Under the pieces are notes generated by a model. The model saw nothing but the letters and a program-made list of their open reading frames with translations. It ran no database searches and had not been told where the DNA came from. The position numbers and the translations under genes are program-made. Shown here one piece after another: positions 9,990 through 16,462 of a DNA stretch of 25,594 nucleotides. The stretch is from a virus (lineage: Duplodnaviria > Caudoviricetes), in IMG/VR virus record IMGVR_UViG_3300032332_000683, positions 1 through 25,594 of that record. The stretch is one strand, 5' to 3'. How positions within the stretch are numbered: the first letter of the stretch is position 1; every line of letters starts with the position of its first letter.

Positions 9990-9995
9990 TTTATT

Positions 9996-10865
9996 TTAAG
10001 CTGTATAATTTCCACTAGAAGTAAATGTATGATAATAATAACCTCCCGCATTTGTTACGGTACCACCATTACCTCGTTGTGATCCTGACTGATATGCTAT
10101 TATAACCACACCAGAACCTCCTGAACCTGAAGAATATCCAAGACCTGATGCACCGCCGCCACCGCCGGTATTAGGAGAACCATTTCCTCCGCTGCCACCA
10201 CCACGATTTGGATTTTGTCCTACTCCTCCACCTCCATTGCCTCCAGGATTTGGTGCGCCAATTTGTCCGCCGCCACCTCCACCACCGTAATATGTTCCAT
10301 TAATCCAGGAATATCCATCACCGCCATTATTTCCTGGTGAAGCCGAACCCGCTCCACCTCCGCCTCCACCTCCTGCAGCTCCAGGATTTCCTTGACCTGG
10401 TGTGCCTGATCCTGCTGAACCGCCATCTCGACCTGCACCACCTCCTGATCCACCGTTGCCTCCGGAAGCTGCAAATTGTCCTCCATATCCACCACCAACG
10501 GCAGTAAATCCTAAACCAGTTGTGTTTGATCCATTGTTACCTCCACCACCACTTGAACCACCACCGCCACCACCAATAACTAATGAATATACGGTGCTTG
10601 GAGCTACATTCACCAATGAACCGTATATTACTCCACCGGCACCACCTCCACCACCCGTGTAGTCAGCACCACCTCTATAATCACTTCCACCACCACCTCC
10701 ACCAGCAACAACAATATAATAAATTGTATAAGTACCGTAAGTGGATCCTGGCCATAGTCCTGCAAAGTTAGATTGCATTTGGTCGGATGTTCTCCAAACT
10801 CCTGATGCACTACTAATAGTAGTCGGAACGTTATTAGCGGTTACAATATTACCTCTGAATGGCAT
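9996..10865 (-). CDS. Glycine-rich adhesin-like protein (289 aa) with short N-terminal SGVWRTSDQ segment
   Basis: Paralog of 1781..2698. SD-like AAGGT lies before the ATG. Ends GGSGVVIIAY...HTFTSSGNYTA. Confidence 0.8.
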   Translation of the reverse strand: MPFRGNIVTANNVPTTISSASGVWRTSDQMQSNFAGLWPGSTYGTYTIYYIVVAGGGGGGSDYRGGADYTGGGGGAGGVIYGSLVNVAPSTVYSLVIGGGGGGSSGGGGNNGSNTTGLGFTAVGGGYGGQFAASGGNGGSGGGAGRDGGSAGSGTPGQGNPGAAGGGGGGGAGSASPGNNGGDGYSWINGTYYGGGGGGGQIGAPNPGGNGGGGVGQNPNRGGGSGGNGSPNTGGGGGASGLGYSSGSGGSGVVIIAYQSGSQRGNGGTVTNAGGYYYHTFTSSGNYTA

Positions 10866-10873
10866 CGTTTACC

Positions 10874-11233
10874 TTAACTGTAAACATCGTAAGAAACAGT
10901 AATATGAATTGAGTTATTCACACTTACATTTGCTCTTAAAGAATCGCCTTCATTTAAATAGATAGAAGAATCTTTACTCAATCCCATCAACATTGATTGT
11001 CCAGGTACCACAATGTTTCCGTTAATAAAATATCCAATACCATTCCTAAACACATCTACGTTTGCATTTACTGAGGATGAATTATAGTTTGCAATAGTTA
11101 CTGTATTGATTTTGATTAACTGACCACTACCAGCAGAGTTCACGACAACGTTGCTCATACCTACCGTATTAGCAGACAACACCGCAAGGTTGCCGTTAAC
11201 TGTGGAAGTGTTAATAATATTTGGCGTTGCCAT
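10874..11233 (-). CDS. 119-aa beta-rich fibre-associated protein (putative tip adaptor)
   Basis: Full-length similarity to 2698..3054 and the same position directly after a fibre gene. An AGGAG SD lies in the last codons of the upstream gene. Confidence 0.85.
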   Translation of the reverse strand: MATPNIINTSTVNGNLAVLSANTVGMSNVVVNSAGSGQLIKINTVTIANYNSSSVNANVDVFRNGIGYFINGNIVVPGQSMLMGLSKDSSIYLNEGDSLRANVSVNNSIHITVSYDVYS

Positions 11234-11237
11234 TTAA

Positions 11238-13121
11238 TTAACTCCTAAAGAAATTGATAGCAAGTGTTTTACCTGCTGTTGAAGATGAAGCAATCAATGC
11301 GTTTACTTCACTCTTTGTATAAACTTGTGCAGTTGTATAGGTATTGGCCACATTAAATGCACCAAAGGTATACACAACCACTTCATCATTTGCAGCTGCA
11401 TTAAATGTTAGGTTAATATATGAACCATTTGCAGCAGTATAATCCACACCATTTCTAAGCGTAATACCATTTAATGTTGTAAACAAATTACCTGGTACAT
11501 AACCTAATGAATTACCATTTACATCAGAACCACCAAATGATGTCTGACCAGTAGTAGCAGTATAAGAAAATACTGATAGTGTATTAGAAGTATTGACTGT
11601 GGTTGATGTAAACCCGTAGATATTTAGTTCATCATTTAAATCCGCAGCAACGGTTAATGTAATAGATGTTCCGTCTGTTGCTGTGTAATCTGTACCTGGT
11701 TTTAATGTTAAACCATTGAGTGTTACGATGATTGCACCAACAGTATAGTTTAATGAAACTGATGCTGAATCTGGTCCACTAAAAGTGGTTTGACCGGCAG
11801 TTGCAATATACTTATAGATATTAAATTGATTTACTGAAGATGTTCCACTACCAGTAGAGATTACATTACCATTTGCAGCCCAAAATAAACCATTGACAAA
11901 AATCTTATCTGCGTATACATTACCGGTTACACCAACACCACCATTAACTTTTAATGAACCTGTGGTATTTGATGTAGAAGATTGTGTTGAACTGATAATA
12001 ATATTACCAGTAGTGGTTAAGTCACCTGCAAAAGTACCTGTTGTGTTGGCTAATGCATTGTTTGCTTTATTGTATGCACCTGCAGCCAAACCATTGGCGC
12101 CATTAGCTGTGTTATATGCAGATCCGGCATAACCATTTACTGCGGTAATGTTTGTTGCATTAGTATTACCAGCAGCATAAGCAGCCCATGCAGCATTGTT
12201 TGCCGTGGTAATGTTAGTGTTCTGAGTTAAATCTACACCTTGAGTTACGATAGTGTTTGCTGATGCTGTGTTGGCTTTATCTCTAACCCATTGGTCCGTA
12301 CCAGAACCACCAGAAGTAATTGTTGCACTATTTGCCTGATAAAAACCAGTAATATCAACAACGTCACCAACAGATGCCGGGTTGTTTAATATAATTGTAT
12401 TTGCGGTACCTGTGGAATATTCTGAAGAATCAATTGTCGCACCATTAACAACAACAGTAACATAAGGTGCAGTATAATTAACAAAGAAATTGGTTTGACT
12501 TGCATTGGCAGTATATAATTGCTTTTGAACTGTCAAATAATTAAAGAATGTTGTTGTGCCGCCACCAGTAATTGTATTGGCATAATTGTATGCTGATTGC
12601 GCTAAACTGATACCGGAGTTTGCAGTATTGTATGCTGATTGCGCTAAACTGTTCGCAGAGTTTGCTTGTGCAAATGCCGCATTTGAATATCCAGTAAGAT
12701 AACTTGCTTGATTTGCTGCATATGAAGCAATACCTTGAATAGTATTATATAAATCATATAATTGAGCCGTTGCATTTGCCGAAGCTCCAATGTTTGGACT
12801 ATTAGCAAATAATGAACTCGTTAAACTTGCACCAATAGTAATCTTTTTATTGATTGTATCGGTACTAATTGTTATATTATTGGAACCAACGAGAGATAAA
12901 ATATCTGTATTGCTGGTTGCAATTATTAAACTAGAATTCGAATTGATTGTGGCAAAAGAATTTGTTGTTGCGCCACTAGAGATATAGGTGATTACACCTG
13001 ATGCATTTTTATAATACAGTTTACCATCAGCGTAGTTTAACGCCAATTCACCTAATTCTAGGGAAACCGGTACGTTACTTGTTACACCTGATTTTCTTAA
13101 ACGTATTGTTGTATTTGCCAT
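11238..13121 (-). CDS. Modular tail-fibre protein (627 aa): Mtd-N-like head, coiled coils, three (A/Y)TA..QT.F/NG..(D/E)Y repeats, C-terminal GKTLAINFFRS
   Basis: Starts MANTTIRLRKSGVTSNVPVSLELGELALNYADGKLYY. Has AQSAYN repeats. Shares QGVDLTQNTNITTANNAAWAA and the C-terminal repeat domains with the 1461-aa ORF. Confidence 0.85.
   Translation of the reverse strand: MANTTIRLRKSGVTSNVPVSLELGELALNYADGKLYYKNASGVITYISSGATTNSFATINSNSSLIIATSNTDILSLVGSNNITISTDTINKKITIGASLTSSLFANSPNIGASANATAQLYDLYNTIQGIASYAANQASYLTGYSNAAFAQANSANSLAQSAYNTANSGISLAQSAYNYANTITGGGTTTFFNYLTVQKQLYTANASQTNFFVNYTAPYVTVVVNGATIDSSEYSTGTANTIILNNPASVGDVVDITGFYQANSATITSGGSGTDQWVRDKANTASANTIVTQGVDLTQNTNITTANNAAWAAYAAGNTNATNITAVNGYAGSAYNTANGANGLAAGAYNKANNALANTTGTFAGDLTTTGNIIISSTQSSTSNTTGSLKVNGGVGVTGNVYADKIFVNGLFWAANGNVISTGSGTSSVNQFNIYKYIATAGQTTFSGPDSASVSLNYTVGAIIVTLNGLTLKPGTDYTATDGTSITLTVAADLNDELNIYGFTSTTVNTSNTLSVFSYTATTGQTSFGGSDVNGNSLGYVPGNLFTTLNGITLRNGVDYTAANGSYINLTFNAAANDEVVVYTFGAFNVANTYTTAQVYTKSEVNALIASSSTAGKTLAINFFRS
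12585..12651. repeat. 25-bp exact direct repeat at 42-bp spacing inside the 627-aa fibre
   Basis: attgtatgctgattgcgctaaactg at 12585-12609 and 12627-12651, encoding SLAQSAYN twice. Confidence 0.9.
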
Positions 13122-13125
13122 CTAC

Positions 13126-13623
13126 TTAAAAACTTCCGCCATCCTTTATTGTATCTGTTGATTCGGCTGAAAAAACATCTACTGTTTTAGTTTGTTTCGC
13201 ATCATCAATCTTTTTACGCTTGGCAGGAGTTAATTGCAAATACTCAATTTTATCATTAAGCTCTTTGATTGTTGCTTGAGCTTTAACTAATTCATTTCTA
13301 AAAGTATCAACGTGCTTTGCTTGGCTTTTTATTGCTTCAAACTCACCACGTTGCTTTCTCAAATCATTCAATTCATTATTTAAGTTGGCAATAGTTGTAT
13401 TTAAATTGTCAATTGTGCCATTTAAATTACTAACTTCTGTGTTAGATTCGGCACTCCTGTTTGCCTCAATGACAGACAGTTCTTCAATTCTTTTTGCTTG
13501 TTCCTCAATAAGTTCTTCACTAACTCTTGCATTTGCCTGCATTGAAATGTTTCTAACAATAACATCAGTCATTGTAGAGGTCATTATTTCAACATAGTGA
13601 TTCAAATATTTTTCATTGCTCAT
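13126..13623 (-). CDS. Coiled-coil hypothetical protein (165 aa) ending DGGSF
   Basis: Strong SD (AGGAG) before the ATG. Heptads LNGTIDN-LNTTIAN-LNNELND-L. E/K-rich, unlike its neighbours. Confidence 0.85.
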   Translation of the reverse strand: MSNEKYLNHYVEIMTSTMTDVIVRNISMQANARVSEELIEEQAKRIEELSVIEANRSAESNTEVSNLNGTIDNLNTTIANLNNELNDLRKQRGEFEAIKSQAKHVDTFRNELVKAQATIKELNDKIEYLQLTPAKRKKIDDAKQTKTVDVFSAESTDTIKDGGSF

Positions 13624-13653
13624 TTCAAACTCCTATTATAAATTAATTACGAA

Positions 13654-13661
13654 TTATTTAG
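13654..13661 (-). promoter_or_regulatory. Possible late promoter variant (CTAAATA) upstream of the 165-aa gene
   Basis: TAAATA core overlapping the stop codon, then an AT-rich leader and AGGAG. Confidence 0.45.
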
Positions 13662-15505
13662 AACGTGCCTCCATCAAGAGCCGTGGTCCATACAGGTACA
13701 CCCGCATCAGTTGTTGTAAGAACTTGATTTGACCAAGTTTGGTCAGAAGTACCTGCAGCAGCAGTAACTTGTATAGCACCTGTTCCATTGCCGTATGTAA
13801 TACCGTTTGTAGTAAAGGTTGATGCACCAGTACCGCCTTGGCCAACAGTCAGTCCAGCAATCGCAGCATATGTTTTTGCGGTTGTTCTACCATAAGCATC
13901 AACAGTCATCGAAGTAACTGTATTATTTGCCGCAGGAGTTCCCGTTACTGTGTATGTTGTATTGGCAAGTGATGTTAATCCTGAAGCGCCAGCAACTAAT
14001 ATTGCACCAGTTGTATATGATGTTGCACCTGTACCACCACGAGCATACCCTAATGTACCAGAACCAATCTGTGAAGTGTCGATATTGATATCAGCACCAG
14101 TAGCAGCAGTTACACGACCATATGCATCAACAGTAAGTGATGTAATTGTTTTAGCGGTAGAGAGTGCGCCAGTTAAAGTGTAAGTTGTGTTGGCTAATTG
14201 GTTGATTGCACCAGTTCCATTACCAATTAACAAACCACCACTAGAGAATGTTGCAACACCAGTACCGCCTTGTGCTACTGTCAAACCACTAATTGCTTGT
14301 GTTGTGTAGTTTGTTACACGACCATAAACATCACTAGTTAAATTGTTAATTGTTTGATTGGCAGCAACCGATGTGTTGATTGATGATACATTAGCTAATT
14401 GACCTAAACCATTTGTACCTGAACCAATAACAACTTGACCGGTTGCAAACGAAGATTGTCCTGTACCACCTGAAGCAACAGGTAATGCTGTTGTTAAGCT
14501 TAAAGCACCAGAACTAATCGTTGTGGCAATGACGTTACCCTTAAAGTAACTAGCATTAACGTTTGCGGTACGGAAACTAGCATCAGCCACATCAATTTCA
14601 TTATTTGAATTGAGTGCTTTGTTGTAGTTATCAAATACATAGAATTCTTTATTGCCTGCATTACGGAACACACCAGTTGCTCTTTGTGAACCATCATTAT
14701 ATGCGCCAGCAAAACCAATATCAACTGCATCAGAGGTAGTATTGTTTGCAGCCAAATAAATCATTGGGTCTGCAACATTCAATGTTTGTGTATTAATGGT
14801 TGTTTGTGTACCGAGAACAGTTAAGTTACCATTAACGGTTAAACTACTATCAATAGTTTGTAAAGCAATTGGAGTGTTAGCACGAACAACAGTATTATCA
14901 ACGTCAACAGTAACGTTATTATTTGTTACTGTCGAAGTAATACCTACACCACCAGTAAAAGTCAATGTGTCGGTTAAAAGATTAACCGCATCTGTACCAG
15001 TATCACCAGCAATATTTAAGTTTGTTGCAACAGAATTGGTGGTAATAGCAAGAACACGACCATTTGCACCAACAGTAACAGTAGGAATTTGCGTAGTAGA
15101 TCCGTATGTGCCAGCAGTAAGTCCTGGAACCGCATTAAGAGCAGCATTCAATATGATGGCGGCCGAACCATCAAATGATTGTGCAGATGCAGTAATATCG
15201 GTACCAGAAATTGAGAAGTTTCTTGCATTAGTTAATTGGTCTGCTTTATCAGCAATACCAGTTAATCTACCAGCAAAAGTACCGTTAGCATCACGCCTAA
15301 CTAGAGTGCTAGCAGTATTGGCAGCGGTTGCCGCATCGATTGTTGAGGTATAGTATTGACCACCAACGTTAACAACGCCGTTTCCTGTAGGAGAACCGAT
15401 GAATAATGTATTCGATGAGTATGAATACGCAAATTCACCAGCAGCTAACGAGGTTGGTCTACCTGTGGTTAGCGAGCGTTTAATTAAGATATTAGTATTG
15501 GCCAT
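13658..15505 (-). CDS. Tail-fibre shaft protein (615 aa): Mtd-N-like head, DIGFAG domain, repeated GGTG / T.D.YGR.T units, ends DGGTF
   Basis: Starts [11 protein letters not shown]...P.SL..GEFAYS...TLFIG. Four V/Y..GGTG and four GR(V/T) fibre motifs. SD AAGGA. Confidence 0.85.
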   Translation of the reverse strand: MANTNILIKRSLTTGRPTSLAAGEFAYSYSSNTLFIGSPTGNGVVNVGGQYYTSTIDAATAANTASTLVRRDANGTFAGRLTGIADKADQLTNARNFSISGTDITASAQSFDGSAAIILNAALNAVPGLTAGTYGSTTQIPTVTVGANGRVLAITTNSVATNLNIAGDTGTDAVNLLTDTLTFTGGVGITSTVTNNNVTVDVDNTVVRANTPIALQTIDSSLTVNGNLTVLGTQTTINTQTLNVADPMIYLAANNTTSDAVDIGFAGAYNDGSQRATGVFRNAGNKEFYVFDNYNKALNSNNEIDVADASFRTANVNASYFKGNVIATTISSGALSLTTALPVASGGTGQSSFATGQVVIGSGTNGLGQLANVSSINTSVAANQTINNLTSDVYGRVTNYTTQAISGLTVAQGGTGVATFSSGGLLIGNGTGAINQLANTTYTLTGALSTAKTITSLTVDAYGRVTAATGADINIDTSQIGSGTLGYARGGTGATSYTTGAILVAGASGLTSLANTTYTVTGTPAANNTVTSMTVDAYGRTTAKTYAAIAGLTVGQGGTGASTFTTNGITYGNGTGAIQVTAAAGTSDQTWSNQVLTTTDAGVPVWTTALDGGTF

Positions 15506-15544
15506 TTCTCAAATTCCTTTTTTTATTTTTTGTTTGCCATGTGC

Positions 15545-15552
15545 TATTTATT
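15545..15552 (-). promoter_or_regulatory. T4-type late promoter box AATAAATA upstream of the 615-aa fibre
   Basis: Overlaps the stop of the 65-aa gene. Followed by an A-rich leader and AAGGA SD. Confidence 0.65.
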
Positions 15553-15748
15553 AAAATGTTCCACCATCTACCAGATTAATGACAGCGTTGGAAATGTAAT
15601 TTGGACCACCGATTTCAATAATCTTTCCGGTACTATTTCCAATAAACATCGTATTGGATGCAAAAGAATACGCCAATTCACCATCGGCCAAATCACTTGG
15701 TCTGGTATTTGCATAAGAACGGAGTATTTGTATGGTGGTATTAGCCAT
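15551..15748 (-). CDS. 65-aa protein consisting only of an Mtd-N-like head plus a DGGTF tail
   Basis: MANTTIQILRSYANTRPSDLADGELAYSFASNTMFIG aligns with the N-terminus of the 615-aa ORF. TAATG-coupled to the upstream gene. Confidence 0.8.
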   Translation of the reverse strand: MANTTIQILRSYANTRPSDLADGELAYSFASNTMFIGNSTGKIIEIGGPNYISNAVINLVDGGTF

Positions 15749-15993
15749 TAGAATGTTCCCGCATCAACATTTCGTAAATCTAATGGTAATGTACCTGCAT
15801 TTACAACTTCAAAGCTATTGGTATTTGCAATATAGGTGATGACATCACCATCATTGGCACCAGCTAATTCTAAATCAGTTGCACTTTTGAGTGTTCTTGT
15901 ACCACCGTAATTAATTCCTGTAGCTGTAGGTACGGTTCCTGTACCAACTCTAACTTGAATTACTGATGGCTGTGTGACTGTAACATTTGGCAT
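15748..15993 (-). CDS. 81-aa small tail-associated protein ending DAGTF
   Basis: Tightly packed in the operon. LKSATDL...ANDGDVITY.....F resembles the common fibre repeat L..L.DV.....DG.VL.Y. Confidence 0.75.
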   Translation of the reverse strand: MPNVTVTQPSVIQVRVGTGTVPTATGINYGGTRTLKSATDLELAGANDGDVITYIANTNSFEVVNAGTLPLDLRNVDAGTF

Positions 15994-15996
15994 TAA

Positions 15997-16335
15997 TTAC
16001 CTCGTTACACGGGGTGAAACTTCTATAATTCCTTCTAAAATTCTTGTTTTCACATTGGTGCTGGCATCAGAAATGACGGCATCGTATACATAACGACCGG
16101 GAGCTATATTGGCTGTGGTATTAGAAGTTAATTCCAACGTAACTGTGCCTAATCCTACATTAATTGAACTAGAGAACGTTGCGGTAGCATTTGCGGAATA
16201 ATAGGATTTACGCATTTGACTGGATGCGGTGTATCCGGCAAGATTGTAGGTCTCGCCATATACATCATCGAGTGTAATGGTTGTGGTAAATGTTGTACCT
16301 TGTTCTAGGTATAGATTACTGTATGCGGCCGGCAT
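15997..16335 (-). CDS. 112-aa Ig-like adaptor (BppU-N-like), conserved hypothetical virion protein of T4-like phages
   Basis: Motif NL.LEQG.TF...ITL....G...L.GYT..SQMRKSY.S...LEL....T.....GRYVYD...RILEG...VSP.VTR. Preceded by a late-promoter box and SD. Confidence 0.75.
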   Translation of the reverse strand: MPAAYSNLYLEQGTTFTTTITLDDVYGETYNLAGYTASSQMRKSYYSANATATFSSSINVGLGTVTLELTSNTTANIAPGRYVYDAVISDASTNVKTRILEGIIEVSPRVTR

Positions 16336-16357
16336 TTATGTTCCTATTATGTTCCTA
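16336..16357. repeat. Perfect 11-bp tandem duplication (TAGGAACATAA x2 on minus) covering the SD
   Basis: ttatgttccta ttatgttccta read directly. Confidence 0.9.
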
Positions 16358-16362
16358 TGGTA

Positions 16363-16370
16363 TATTTATT
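16363..16370 (-). promoter_or_regulatory. T4-type late promoter box AATAAATA upstream of the 112-aa gene
   Basis: Intergenic, 27 nt before the ATG, followed by SD AGGA. Confidence 0.7.
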
Positions 16371-16393
16371 AATTCCCAATTGAGCTCAGGAGT

Positions 16394-16462
16394 AAATTCG
16401 CTTTTTGGACTTTTGGATTTCGCCTCCGGAATTTTGAGGCCGGAACGCAAAATTTCGAATTT
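16394..16462. other. Imperfect inverted repeat / extended hairpin in the largest intergenic region
   Basis: Nested complementary arms AAATTCG/CGAATTT, TTTTG/CAAAA, TTC/GAA and GCCTC/GAGGC around a 9-nt loop. Confidence 0.55.

Noticed and set aside
540-10810. Many short Pro-rich, His/Leu-rich or Val/Glu-rich ORFs overlapping the Gly-rich genes
   Set aside because: They are antisense or alternate-frame shadows of GGN codon runs, which lack stops in other frames. No SD and no independent motifs.
484-10865. Mycobacterial PE-PGRS or eukaryotic Gly-rich origin for these genes
   Set aside because: No PE domain, low GC, phage fibre N-terminal modules and T4-like synteny. Any similarity would be compositional.
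1-13121. Diversity-generating retroelement acting on the adhesins (Mtd-N-like heads and repeated 3' ends suggested it)
   Set aside because: No reverse transcriptase and no template/variable repeat pair with adenine-only mismatches. The repeat mismatches seen are mostly synonymous and of mixed type. A DGR elsewhere in the genome cannot be excluded.
1-13121. Invertase/shufflon-type fibre switching
   Set aside because: All genes are complete, on one strand and have their own starts. No recombinase or inverted crossover sites were seen.
13208-13230. NLS-like PAKRKK in the 165-aa protein
   Set aside because: A short basic run in a K-rich phage protein. The context is bacteriophage, so most likely chance.
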